A DNA stretch of 60,376 nucleotides, the filler included, from Sphacelaria rigidula (Eukaryota), in NCBI GenBank assembly GCA_964200075.2. It is 5 parts of 5 records of this genome, joined end to end, with 100 filler letters (N's around TTAATTAATTAA, not from the genome) between each part and the next. Parts side by side here need not be neighbours in the genome. Positions count along the whole stretch, not along the records: positions 24,193 to 36,187 come from CAXNAA020004257.1; positions 36,288 to 48,282 come from CAXNAA020004258.1; 3 more parts are not named here. One strand, 5' to 3'. Positions 24,472 to 37,273 of the stretch are shown here, in pieces. Position numbers and translations under genes: made by a program. The notes under the pieces are model-generated. The model was given only the letters and a program-made list of their open reading frames with translations, made no database searches and had not been told where the DNA came from. Position 1 is the first letter of the stretch. Every line of letters begins with the position of its first letter.

Positions 24472-27400
24472 GTCTCGGTGCCGAGCACCCCTAAGGGAAT
24501 GAATGCAGCGGAGGTGAGAAGGAGAGACAGAGAACCCATCTGGTACACTTACAGCTTTCGATTCTCGTCGACTTATGACTTTGGAGCAGTGTTTCACACA
24601 TCGGATAGATCAGCGCCCTGTAGCTCGAGCTAGCTCTTTCTTGGTGTAGCTCCCTAGTGAGCTAGAAGAGGTACATGAACTACGCATGTTTGCCTAAGGG
24701 GAGCTACCACCCCATAGCTCATCAGCTCATATTGCCCTGGGTGAGCTATGAGAGCTGCATGAGATACGCATATTCGTCCCGGGTGAGCTCATTTGCGGAC
24801 TATAGCTCATCAGTGCACGTTTACTCTGGGTGAGCTACCAGACGTAGCTCACATGTATATTATGTCTGACTACAAGTGAGCTATAGTCCGCAGATGAGCT
24901 CGCTCATTAGTTGTCCGACGTGTGCAATGTTTTAGGATTACAACAGACTGCACTCGAACCCCTGCACGGTGAAAATGGGGGAAGAGGATAAAGTTCGTTT
25001 TGAACAGCCCATCCACTGAGATTTTGAGTACTTATGATCGGCGCCTCTTTTTGTGTCGAATCTGTCATGGCTGTACACGCGTATAGAGCAGCAACAGCAA
25101 AAGGACTTGGGCAACGCCAGCAAGTGCGATGTATGTGCCACGTATGTACTGAAGCCGACTCCTCATGCCATATTCATATACACTCTTTGATTTTCCGCCG
25201 ATATGTTGAAGCTCTCCCCGCGCCCCTCGCCCTGTTGTCCCCCTACGGTTTGTAGACGTCAAACGCTAAGCTTCGCCAAGTTCTGGTGTGCATATGGGCG
25301 CGCATCATGGCGTTCGATCCGTCATGTCAGGTATGTATGTGTGGGTACACCTTTTACGCATTATCGTTGTTGTTGTTGTTGATCATGCTGCTTGTCCCCC
25401 TCCTCACCAATGAGCCAACGGCACAATGGAAATTATGTGGTGGTACGAGTGTGAGTGTGGAATTGATTGTCCCGGCAGATGCTTGTAGTTTGTTCGTTTT
25501 TTCCGGAGGATTTTCTGATTTCCATTGTTGCAATCATGAAGGTGTGCGTATCAACGGAAACGAGTTCATTTCATAGAGAATCGATGTGATGCAGGAGTGT
25601 TGATCTCGTCCCCCATATCAAAGTGCACCGGAGAAACGATGGAATGATGAATGATAACGTGGAACCACAGACTCGCCGGAGAGAGGCGAACAGTGAGATG
25701 AGTAATAATTGGGACAAGAGCGGACTGAATGTGCGTGTGGATGTGTTGGTGTCTTTTCCCCCCACCTTCCCGTATTTCGTCATTTCAGGTTTTCGGGTGT
25801 TTCGTCAGTATACTTCTTCACTAGTGAGGCCATCTTTTCTGGCAACGAATCTCGATTTTTCCGAGACCCCGATTCTATGGAACAGACAAGGACAATATCA
25901 CAGAGTTGTGAAACAGTTCTGTACACAAAACGGTCATCTTCTGCATGAGTGTGGTACTGCGTACTCGTGCATGAAGCCGAAGAGCAGGCAGGCGGTAATC
26001 AATCCTTGGAGTGCAGTGTCGTACCTTGGTACCCTAGGGTAATACCGTGCACGACACTACATTACTGATTGATTGATTGATTGATTGGTTGTCGCACTTT
26101 AGCTGACCCCCCCAGGGGTCCAGCCGTGGTCTCGTGATAGACCTACAGTACATGATGCCGTGTGGTGGTACATGATGGCACAGTCGGTATTGCGAGAACA
26201 GAGAACAAAGAGTGCGCGAGCAGAGTTCAGTAGTGCAGTGTCGTAAATCACCCCTCAATTACAGCAACAACAGACTAGAAGAGTAAAGTAGCGTTCGTTA
26301 CAATGATGCATATGGCAGCGCAACACAGTACCAGATATTACCATCACCGCAGGGTACGGCGTCAGCACTTCTTATTCGCTTGTCGAAGCCCGTGCGAGGC
26401 TGCTCCAGCAGCTGGCGCGGGCAATAGGCAGGCACAACCTGCGCTGCCACAAGACTGTTTTCTCCTACCGTCACAAAAATATCAAACGCCTCGTGCCCTG
26501 CCATTGTACGTCAGTGCACGTACGTCACCTTGAGAAAATCGGGGAAAGACACTATCTCGGAACGATTTCCACTTTTTCCGAGATTGTTACTCCCCGATTC
26601 AGTCCAAATCGGTGTCCATAAATGCGTTCCCCGATTTGTTTTCTCCCGATGCTCGAAGAAATCGAGATTGGCGACTTCCATGAAAGATGGTCTAAATGGA
26701 CACAAAATAAAGGAAACTATGAGAAAAATAGGGCCCATTATATTTTTGCAGTATAGTTTGAAAATATATGCAAATAGACACTGTCCACCGAATGACCAAT
26801 ATCAAGCAACATTATCTAAAGAGAAGAGATTTGGTGTCGAGGTTCTCTTCATATCTGTGTGTGTGTTCGTTCTCCTTTTTTTTCAGGAGGACCTAGTGAA
26901 GGATCCGGCACACCTTAACTTCATCAAGCACCTGCAGTGGCGCGAGATGTCGACGAGACAGCGAGTGCTCGCGGCTTTTGTTCTCACAGCCGTCATGAAC
27001 AACTTCAGGACTGGACAGGAAGCGTGCTTGAATCAGGGCTTGCACCGCGCCTGCCATCAGCTGCTCATGGGAGATGGAAGGGTGTGTATGTCGGGAGATG
27101 GAGCGGGCGGGCGGGATAGAGTTTGATGTGCTTTGTGGCATATATGCTGCCCATTGTAGACGTGGAAGTAACGGTAAAATTCGAAAGTTTGAAAGAGATT
27201 CTGGCCACGGATTGGGCCAGAGTCGGGGATAACGTGATATGTTTCCGATCTCAGGGTAGGAAAAGCCGCTCAACGTCGATCGCCTAACTGGTACTCCAAT
27301 TACTAGCCACAGAGGAAGCTTGCAGATTTGAATCCCAACAAATGCGGTCCCGTTTTTGTTTTCAATCCGCGTTATCAAACTGTCACGCATGCACCGGCGG

Positions 27401-30400
27401 GAAAATATATGAATTTTCTTCTTTGGACTCTACGCACAGTACTCGTCCCCGGGCAGCGGCGGGGTTGAAGATTTGACGCAATTGGGGGAGGGGGGACAAA
27501 GTTAACCCTTACGGAACCGATTGATGATTTTTTTTATTGTGAATCGGCATCATTTGAAGTCGAAATAATGCCGATTCACCAGAACAAAAATCATGAATCG
27601 GTTCCCAAAGAGTTAGGGAGGGCAGCGGTGGAAAGTCGAACCTCTCGGTGGTTGAAGATGGTATAATATACCCGGACGTGTGAAATGTTACATCAAGGTG
27701 TTGAATGCGCATTTGTGAGGGGAAGGGCTGGCGCTGGTATCGCATGAGAACTCACACACAAGACGACAAATGACAAATGACAGCAGCGAGAAGAACCTAT
27801 CGACCACCTTTCACAACATCACACATGCCGTCCTCGCTACAGGGCGCTGGAAACGGGCAAAACATCCGAGGAGGAGGTGGTGAAGGTAGCGGCGGAAGTA
27901 ATACGGTCCAGCTTGCTCCTTCGGGAGGAGCAAGCAACCTCCCGCTTCAGGGAATGGGGATGCGGCCTCGCCGTGGTACCGCGTCGGCGGCGCCACCGCT
28001 GCAGACGGGTGGAATGGGTAAGGCAGGGGGGGGGGAGGGGGCGGGAGTGCGGATGGGGGAGCGCGAGGGTTTGTCGGAGGGGGGGGTGGTTTGGACCCGT
28101 CGCTGAGGCGATGGGTGTGCCTGTGCTTGGCGAAGCTGTGCTGGAGGTACAGGGACGCGCAGGACGCTTGCTTGCGAGACGAGGTGCAGCGGTGTTTGTT
28201 CGAGTGTCTGCAGGGCGAACGTGAGTTGTTGTCGTTGTTGTTGTGTTTTGATGAGAATATGCTCATGAACTCTTCGGCAACCGTGGCCCATCAAAACCAA
28301 GCTAACCTTTTTTTTTCTTGAAGGAATCTTTGTCTGCTATCATCCTTCATATTTGTCCAACAGGTTGGGGTCATTTGGGTTTGCAAGGAGCGTTCGCCCC
28401 AACGGCGTGTGTGTGTATGGCACCTAAGTTTGTTGGTTAAAGGGGGGGGGGAGGGGGGGAATCCGACATACATTTTGTTCTTTTAGTTCAAAGCTGTAGG
28501 TCGAAATTTAGTAAAATTGACCGATTTTTGCTATTTTCGTGGTGGTGAGGGAAAATGGTGCTGAGTGGTCTCAGACGAGGCATAGCTAGCCCCGGCACAA
28601 GAAACAAGCTCAAAAGGAGAGTCTTTCTCTTCGTTGCCCTTTTCTCGTTTTTTTTTTTTCCCCCAGGAAAGGGTCGAAATGATGCTCCTGGACAACAGGC
28701 CAATGCTCAACCCAAATTTTACTGTCCAACTCTAACTGCAAATTCGCCTTTTAAAATCCCGGGCCGGTGGGAATTCGGAACAGTATGTTGCAGGCCGTTT
28801 ACCGGCCCACGTTTTGGTATTTGTGTTTTGAAACTTCGTGCACAAAACCTCGCTAGGTCATGATGAGCCAAGAAAAATGGATCAGGTTGGTTTTGATTCA
28901 TTTTATTCGTTGGTTTTGATTCATTTTATTCGTTGGTCTAGGACGCTTCAATTTTTCTTTGCGAGAACGCCCGGACCTCTCCCAAAAAATAAGAAAGAAT
29001 GTCCACATTTTTTCTTCAGCATACCTCTGTCCTTCTCCATGCTAAGTTTCAAATCACAATCCTAGAAATTGAGCTAGAAACTCGAGATAAGGCCCAAGAG
29101 CGATGTTCATTTATTTTCAAAACTCCCCTGAAAACAATAAGAAAAATGTACGAAGCGGTTTTTTTTTTTCATCATGCACCGGTGGGTCTCCATACCAAAT
29201 TTCACAGTACAGCTCTCAAAAACTGAGACGCGATATCCAGATTTAGGACACTAGTGCCTCTGCTTGTAACATATTGGTTCTAGTATGGAAAGTCATGTGC
29301 ACCATGCTGTATCTCGAGATGGAGTACGAATCAGGTGAAGGTGATGGTAACTATCGTCTCCCCGCTCCAGGGAAGGTCCATTCCAAAAATCGTCATCATC
29401 CGCTGAATGCATTGTTCGGGGTTTCATATATGTTTTAGTGTGGACGCTATATCCGTGAGGTATAGGAATAACTATACATTGGGTATAATCACCGAGAAAA
29501 TATTCGCCTAATTTTTGAGCAGATGGGCACCTTCCCCTCGATTGGACGATTCATACGATGTGCGGATCACGGCCCCAACTCGTCCATGTCTATGAGGTAT
29601 TACTTCGAGAGCTTGAATCCGTTTACTGTATTGGCTGGCCCAGCTCGTGTTAGATAATGAGTGAGGGTCACAAAACCCTGAGGCTGCACGCAGCAGAAAT
29701 AACAGCAATCCCTTTCCGTAGCCTGCCGGCAAAACGTTTTGGGAACGAAGGAGCGTTTGCGGACCACGAGTGTCACCGCCATGGTTGGCGTTAGCATGAT
29801 ACGCGGCAGTGATGTATTTGAGGATTGCGCAGTCCATACAGCAAGCCCTGTCTCGGTTTTATCGTGGTGCATGTGTCATGTGCTGCCCGTACAAGTCATG
29901 ATGACCGGGACAGGTGGCTGAAGCACGCCTACCAACAGCTCGGCCGCTTGCATGTCCCCTCAAATATTTATTTCACGGTCAGCAGCAGGGGAACATCCTC
30001 GCGTGGGCCAGGGTGGTCAGTTACTAGCAACAGTTACCAGAGTATGTAGTCGTCAAAACGCACAGCGCGGATGCTGAAAGCACCGGCTGTTCGCGGTAAG
30101 GGGGGATGCACCAGACGAAGCCATTGCTGTGTCCGTTGCGTGTTGCGCCATTGTCTAGCTCTTTCTGGGGATGGTATGCCTACTGCTTCTGGCTGTATTG
30201 CTTGTTGAGGGGACCGACGTGCCTAGATGAGGACGCGAGTTGAGGCCGATGTCTTGGCGCATGAGCTTTTTTGTTTTTTCAACAAGTGGTCCACCCGAAA
30301 TGCGCACTCGACACTGAATGAGCAACAAATGGGGGTGGTGAGCTGTACACTGCTATTCGTTATTGTACAGTTGCGTCATTTTCATCCCATCGGCGCTTGA

Positions 30401-33400
30401 TTTTGATCGACCGTTTCAAGTTTGGTTGGTATGCCATTTCTCTGGCCATGTGATTGATTCAGCCTCTGCAAGGTATGCAGGCTTGATGGCGCACTGAATT
30501 CTAAGTACTACCTAGCACACCCTGGACAAGATATGGTCAATATATACAACATCCCAGAATGCACTTGATGGAGTCAAGGTCTATTGCAAGGACTGTCAGT
30601 CGACAAAAGCTGCAATGGGCCCATACCTTACCTAGTACATTTTTGGTCTACCGCATCTACTGACCATATACTGTCGAGGGTAAGCTGATTTGACTTTGTT
30701 TTCGCCCTTGTTCGTCTTTCTGTTCGGGTGATCAAAACGTTATGCTGACGGCATATTTGTATAGCGCACGACACGCGTGCCACTCCGCCCCCACCTCGCC
30801 CTTGTTCATGCTCGGGATGTGAATGTTGGATGTTGTGTCGAGCATCCAGGTGCAAACATTTCTGTGGATTGACGTCTTCACAACTCTTGTACCACCATTT
30901 TGTTATTGGAATTGTGCGGCCGCGCGGATGTCCTGTCTCTGGAGAAGCTGCACGGCTCATACATTACTAACATGCGCTCTGTGACCCCCAATATCCCCGC
31001 TCCGCGTGAAAAACAACAACGAAACGAACGAGCGCAGAACAAACCGTCGAAGTGCGCTGTGCGGCAGCGTACGCTCTGGGTTCTCTTTTCAGCCGTGGCC
31101 CGGATCCCACCCCCGCGGTAACAGCAACGACCGGCAAAACACCCAACGGTACGCCGCCACCAGCTGCGAAGGGATCTCGCCGCGGTAACGGCAGCGGCGG
31201 TGTTGGAGTGGCGGAGCGGGGATTGGGTGTAGGCAGCGCCGCAAGCCCTAACGGCACCGGCCTCCAAGGAATCAATGGGTATGCGGCGGTTGGCGGTAGC
31301 AGTAGACCACCCGCGCGCTCAGCAATGGCAGGTGGGTGGGCCTATCACGGTGGGAAAGGAGACGGCGGTGGAGACGATGCCGCGGGCTGTGGCGAGGATG
31401 CTCGTAGTGGCTGGCGATGGGCGGTAGGACCTCATGGGATTGATTTGTCTGCCCTCCCGGCGGCGTGGGTGGCGGCGCTTACTCCGAGACCGAGGATTGG
31501 ACGATCAGGCGGTACGGTGGCCGGCACGTCGGAGACACGAAGGTTGGATGAGCTGAAGATCGCGATGATATTGGCGGACCACTACGGTGACGCGAGGTAC
31601 GGTTCTTGGCTGCGGGCTCGGGCTCGCATGAGGAGGGCTGGGGGGAGGGTGTACTCATGATCTTGCGTGTCGTAGTCATGAGGCCATAAACTTCGGATCC
31701 CTCCGAAGCCCGGACAGAGCACGTCGGTTTTTCGCTGGACCGGGCTCGCAAGCCATCACCAAGCGCGAAGAGCCATGTGTTCGTCGAGTTGTGCGAGGGG
31801 TGACCTGCATCTTGCTAAGTTTGTTCGGCCGGAAGCGTACGGGTTCTCGTGTACATGGGCGACAGCCTCAAATGAGTTGCTTCATTTTCTGGTATCGCCG
31901 CTTCCAGAGACGTTCACGGGTTTCACACTGCCTCATGGGTGCCTCACCAATTAAACACTGCGTACTACGATCATCCCCCTTGTGCGGAGTTGAGGGTCTC
32001 GCACGCCGCACAACGTGATATAGCTCGACCGCTATTATGGTGACCAAAGTTAACCTGGTTGCCTAGCTCACGCAGTGAGTGACGTGTTTTACGGTGTCAT
32101 TTCCAACCGATGCCAACCCTTGGAGGAGAAGTGGGCGGGGGTGGAGCGGGAGGCGGGTAACGTCGTTGTCGTTTTTGTGCCACAGTATTTTTTCAATCGT
32201 CTTCGAGAGGACAGAGTGTTGCTGCTGTCAGTGAGCGAAGCGGATTGTACGATGGGGGGCGGTGCTGGACTCTTCGGAAAGTGTAGGAGGGGTCGACCGT
32301 ATGGTTGATGATGTCATCCTTGGAGAGTTAAGCCTCGCGTACATCCATATCAAGGTATCAATTCTCACCCCTTTAGTCTCGACCTTGTCTGCTCAGTCAC
32401 GGCCTTGCCTGTAGGACTCGGCTGTTCCTGCTGTAGCTGTATTCCCCGCTTGGTACCTGTGATCATAAGCACACCAACTAACAGCGGCGATTTAAGTGCT
32501 CACCGTCATTTTTGTCCTCCCGATCTGAGGCTGAAGACCACGCAAACCGCCGACAACGTTGTTCCGCACCGTAACACGAGTTCTCCACCCCTTCGTCACA
32601 CAACCACACAACAGTCCGTTGTTGCGGCGAGAAGTCGCCCTCGCGTTGGGCGTCCTGGCCTCCAACTCGGCGCACTATCCGTTCTTCGTGCTAGCGGCTC
32701 AAGAGCTCACGCTCAAACCGGCGGAAGAGGCTAAAGCTCGCAGCTCCAATTACGCCCCCAGCAACGATACCAGGGGAACAAGTAGTGTAACCTCCAGCCG
32801 CACCGGCAGCCCTGTCTCCTCTGCGCGCAAAGTCTCCTCCGGGAGTATGAGCGACACCGGGTCGCCGATGGACTTGACACTCGCAAACGGCAGCAGTGAT
32901 CATGCGGCAGATGCCCGACGGGTACTTCGCGGGCTGTCGGCAGGGATAGGCGCTGGCGTGAGGAGCGACGGAGGAAGCGGACGGGTCGTGGTTGGATCGT
33001 CGCCGGCTGGTGCCGGCCCCGGCCCAGGCTTGGCAAATGGCACAAAAGTAGAGATGTCGCCAGTGACGCACGGATTGTCGTTGCCACCACCATCATCGTC
33101 GAGGCATACTGCTGGCAACGGTGTTGCTGCTGCTGTGTCGGCTGATGGCGCCCAGTCAACTGAGTCAGCACACTATGATGGTGGCGGCGGCGTGATGTTG
33201 GAGGTGATGGGCGACGCCGCTCCCATGTACGCCAGGCTGTGGATCACGCTAGTTACCATGCAGAAGAGCGACCCGTTTCCACCGGTGGCGCACGCCGCGA
33301 ATACGGTGGTAAGCTTTGTTCTCGAAGAGGCTTCTCGGTGGTTCGCGGCCGAGGACGGCGGTGGCGGGGGCGGCGGGGGGTTCGACGTGACACAGGAGGC

Positions 33401-35678
33401 ACAGATGTCCGGTGATGTACAGCAACCCGGGTTGTCGATGAATAACTCTGCCGCGAGGACGGCTGCGCGGTAAGTTGGTGTTGCAGCATATAGACAGCGT
33501 GCCCACTTCGAGCTTCTTCTTTTTTTGCGGAGAAGCTTTTCCTGTCAAGGCAGTCCCCAGCGTTTGTGATTCAGCACAAACAAAAACTCTAGTGCTGCGA
33601 GCATGGTTTAGTCTCCCCGCTCTTAGAATACGATGCGCGTAGCTCGTCAGGTGAAGGCACTACTGACGCGATAATTCGAAACCGAAGGCTCTGTCGCCAA
33701 AACTAAACACGAGGTCCTGTACTACAAGTACCGGTCACTCTGTTGCTGTCGGTGTTTCCGTCGTTCACCGAGGCAATAATACACACCCGCCCCGCTCCCG
33801 TTGTGTTGTTGTACGCCTGATGGTTTCGTTCTTTCGCGTACAACCCCCGAACACAGGCCAGGGAGTGCGCATGATCATCAAGACACGACTGTGAATCCCA
33901 GTGACCAACGACAACAAATGGGCGGATTGTCGCGGTCATCATCGTCATCACCTCCGGGACCACAGCAACGATCGACGCTGCCAGTTGCTACGCAGGTGCA
34001 CTTCACGGCAAACACGGGGCTTGAGGGTGCCTCCCTTCTCCACGCCTTTTACCGATGGTGCTGTCGCGAGTTCAACGAGCCCGCGCAAACTTCCGGCCAG
34101 AATGCTGAGGTCAGCACTGCGGCAGCAGTGGCGGCGGTGGCGGCGGCGGTGGCACTCGGTCCGCATGGGCGAGACGGAGGGGGCGCGGGGGGGGGCTTTG
34201 CGCCGGTGGCTCCAGTGCCAGCAACGGAGGCACCGGGGCATGGGTGGGGTGGTGGGTCGCCCGCGACCGCGGCGGGGGCGGGGGTGGCGAGGGCTGGGGG
34301 TGCGGAGGCGGTTTGTGACTATGAGCACGTGCCGTTGGATCCGTTGAGTTATGATGGGTCTATGCGGCTGCACTTCAAGGAGAGGAACACGCGTGTTCAC
34401 GAGGCCGCAGACGTGAGTTTATGTTTTTCGGGTTTTGGTCCGGTCCGGTGCGGTGTGGTCCGGTATAATGTCGTGTGGTTTGGTTTCGTCTGGTTTGCAA
34501 AAATTATGTTACATTTTTTTTGTTCCCTTATCAAGTCAGCTCACCGTGTGTGCGCAGTACACAACGGGGGGGAGATGGAGTAGTCCCTCGAGAGCACGGA
34601 CTCGTCCCAAGGAATGGGAGGAGTTTCGAGTTTGCGTAACAACGAGGAATACGTATTTCAACACTTATTCGCCTACCGTACAAATGGGAATCTTACACCT
34701 GCCGACTCCCCCTCCCCCCACCCCACTACCCCCTCTCCCCTGCTCTCCGCCCGTCTTTGTAAACGTCTCCGTCATACCTACTTGCCACATCCAGCAACTG
34801 AAGATGAAGTATGTATCGCTTGAGCCGCCGACAGACGATCAGCCGTTCCGCAACGAACTCGAAGATGAAGACTTGTCGCAAAGAAAGCTCGCGCTCGCCC
34901 CCACCACAGTGTTGGAAACCCCCACGTCCACCACGAACCTGCTGTTCCACCCCTACGAACCCCTGCTGATCGTGGCCGACACAGACGATGTTATCTCGGC
35001 GTACGATTACAAGGAGGCCGTCAGGTGTGTGCACTTGTTCCTTGTATGTTCCACGTGTTGGTGCATGTTTGTGTTGATGCATAATTTTTTTCTCGTGTTA
35101 CTTTTCTCCCTGTTCCTTGGTCGGGCCCACTCCGTAGGCTCGAGAAATCAACCCATCCCCCCTCCCCCTTACCTCCGGGGGCACATGTTTGTGTGCGTGC
35201 AAAGATGCCTTGGTTATACCCATCTAATGGGATCATGTTGATGCATACAGAAGCAAATTACTGTTTATAACAATCAAACGTGCAAATTAACCGATTTATC
35301 AGCCTATCAGCTGAAGAGGTATGATCGTTGGTGATGTTGAAGGTGAAGGTGAAGCTGACGATGCTGTTATAAGAGTTTCCATGTGTGTGTGTGTTTTTGG
35401 TTTGTTTGGTTTGACACTTTGAACCACGACAACATCCTTTGCTTGGGGTGCGTACCACCACAACACGCTCTCGCAGGCACGGCGGATTCCTGAACATGAA
35501 TCCGCCGGGGAGTCAGGTGTGCTCCATGGGGTGGATCAACGAGGCCCAGGATTCCCTGCTGATGACGGGCTCGAATGATGGAGTGGTGAGGATCAGAGGG
35601 GGCTTGTTGCAGGCGGGGTCGGAGGGGCCGGGGAGTATGGAGCCACCGCGTTTGATCACCGCGCTCCACGCAGCCCCG
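24358..35678 (+). CDS. RPTOR: Raptor / KOG1 (TORC1 scaffold), internal fragment, 9 exons: 24358-24471, 25256-25330, 26887-27081, 27843-28220, 31038-31596, 32615-33469, 33857-34412, 34795-35024, 35477-35678
   Basis: Hallmark peptides [139 protein letters not shown]. Splice phases are compatible at all eight junctions. N- and C-termini lie off-contig; one apparent frameshift in a G-run near 28080. Confidence 0.95.
24620..24910. repeat. AGCT-motif-rich intronic repeat with internal inverted repeat
   Basis: Many TAGCTC/GAGCTA motifs; GAGCTCATTTGCGGACTATAGCTCA (~24785) is inverted at ~24878 (TGAGCTATAGTCCGCAGATGAGCTC). Confidence 0.7.
25256..25330 (+). CDS. RPTOR: Raptor exon
   Basis: [29 protein letters not shown] bounded. 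Confidence 0.92.
26887..27081 (+). CDS. RPTOR: Raptor exon
   Basis: [16 protein letters not shown]...[24 protein letters not shown]. Confidence 0.9.
27506..27612. mobile_element. piggyBac-type hairpin MITE in Raptor intron
   Basis: TTAA|CCCTTACGGAACCGATT...GTGAATCGGCAT...ATGCCGATTCAC...AATCGGTTCCCAAAGAG|TTAG, self-complementary along its length. Confidence 0.65.
27843..28220 (+). CDS. RPTOR: Raptor exon (Gly-rich insert + HEAT repeat; apparent homopolymer frameshift)
   Basis: GAGNGQ...SEGG then, one base out of frame, [24 protein letters not shown]; donor GTGAGT at 28221. Confidence 0.8.
31038..31596 (+). CDS. RPTOR: Raptor exon
   Basis: [14 protein letters not shown]...[15 protein letters not shown]. 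Confidence 0.87.
32615..33469 (+). CDS. RPTOR: Raptor exon
   Basis: [13 protein letters not shown]...[24 protein letters not shown]; donor GTAAGT. Confidence 0.88.
33857..34412 (+). CDS. RPTOR: Raptor exon
   Basis: [17 protein letters not shown]...DPLSYDG...RN, matching the linker before the WD40 domain. Confidence 0.82.
34795..35024 (+). CDS. RPTOR: Raptor exon (start of WD40 domain)
   Basis: [24 protein letters not shown]. Confidence 0.88.
35477..35678 (+). CDS. RPTOR: Raptor exon (WD40)
   Basis: [36 protein letters not shown]...PRLITA. Confidence 0.9.
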
Positions 35679-36187
35679 GTGAGAGAAATATTGTTGATGG
35701 AACTATGATACGGAATCGGAAAAATAAATGAATGAATACCGCACCTGTCAATTCTCGGTCCATCGCCATCTGTGTATGTTGTTGATAACAGTGTTGTGCT
35801 GTCCTAATTATCTGCAAGAGAAGTTGACGCACACGTGAACATACAGTATATGAGGATTCAAGGTGTACTGTGCTGTATTCTGCGTACCTCTTGGCGTAAC
35901 ATTTTTCTTGGTGAGCCACGGCTGGATTCACAAGCGGATGTGTTCAACTATCCATTCTCCAGAGTACTTCTGTAATATACACACATATACATTTATACTC
36001 CGAGTATATATGTATGTATGGACAGTATGTTGAAAACGTCAAGACGGGTTCACAGTAAGTATTAAGGTGACGTCGACATACACCATACATTGAAGAGATT
36101 GTTAGTTTTTCAGTGGTGAATTTAGTCCCCCCCCCGCCCCCCCCCCCCCCCCCCCCCCCCCACCCCCACCCCGCCAGCCACCGCGCC

Positions 36188-36287
36188 NNNNNNNNNNNNN
36201 NNNNNNNNNNNNNNNNNNNNNNNNNNNNNNNTTAATTAATTAANNNNNNNNNNNNNNNNNNNNNNNNNNNNNNNNNNNNNNNNNNNN
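36188..36287. other. Artificial contig spacer
   Basis: Same N44-TTAATTAATTAA-N44 linker. Confidence 0.97.
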
Positions 36288-36533
36288 CTTCTCCCACCAA
36301 ATCTGTCCTCCTTCTTTCCAACATCACCGTCACTCTTCGTAACATTTCTCACCAGTCTCAACGTCATGAGACTACAGTACACCAAAGGACGCGGGGGCCT
36401 CCTGCCAAGTCTGTTCTCCTTCTTTCCAACATCACCGTCACTCTTGGTAACATTTCTCACAAGTCTAAACGTCATGACACCACAGTACACCGAAGGACGA
36501 GGGGGCCGTAGGCCCCCGCGTCCGAAGCCCTTG
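36288..36533 (+). mobile_element. Helitron-like 3' end with 108-bp tandem units (mirrored at 48037-48282)
   Basis: Two ~108-bp tandem units, then GC hairpin GGGGGCC-GTA-GGCCCCC (36501-36517), then CTTG|T ~13 nt downstream. Confidence 0.45.
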
Positions 36534-36874
36534 TATATATATATTATCCACGCATGCAGGCGTTCTGGGTTCGGTCCGAAAGCCACAGTCATCACCTGAA
36601 AGGAGGCAGTGAGGAGCGTGCAATCATCTGTGATAGTTCGCGGGGTTCCTACAATAGTGAATTGAATATGCTCTCACCTCGGAATCGGCTTTGGTGTCGA
36701 TTGTGACGCTCGGACTGCTCCGAACAGCGTCTTAGCAGACGCCCGGACGTTGCATTCCATGAGTTAGCCCTGGGGACCCTCCACATCTGTGGCGAGTGTA
36801 TGTCCAAGAAGGTGGTCGGGTGGGGAGTTGAACACAAACGCTTCTGATCAACACACGAGGATTCTGCATAAATC

Positions 36875-37273
36875 GGGGATGGATTTTTTTTATTGAGGAT
36901 GAAAACCCGGAAAAATCAAATATTCGTATCCACACCAAATGTTCTAAATATAGTTCCAGTTCTTCACCTACTGGTAGCTATTAACAACTACTACATGTCA
37001 TGCGAATTTGGATCCTGATAAGCGACATGTTGGGGTCCTAGATGAAGAAACAATCTTGAAGAATTGAGATGATCCGATCATATAGCCGAAATTCCCCAAA
37101 ATTGTTTCATCATCTGGGACCCCAATATTTCGGTTATCGACATCCAAATTTGTATCGCGTGTAGGAGTCACCAGCAATTGAAGAAAGGTAAGCATATTTC
37201 GAAGATTTGGTGTGGGTACGATGATTTTAATTAATCCCCCGGGTTTATCATCCTCAATAAAAAATCTATCCCC
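36875..37273. mobile_element. ~400-bp MITE with long imperfect TIRs (mirror copy 47297-47695)
   Basis: GGGGATGGATTTTTT...ATTGAGGATGAAAACCCGG / CCGGGTTTATCATCCTCAATAAAAAATCTATCCCC; homologous copy at 57256-58014. Confidence 0.8.

Noticed and set aside
16152-35678. RWP-RK next to Raptor as a nitrogen/TOR signalling gene cluster
   Set aside because: They lie on different contigs joined by an artificial spacer; adjacency reflects length sorting only
36288-36520. CRISPR-like array
   Set aside because: Whole 108-bp units repeat with no unique spacers; eukaryotic context and no cas genes
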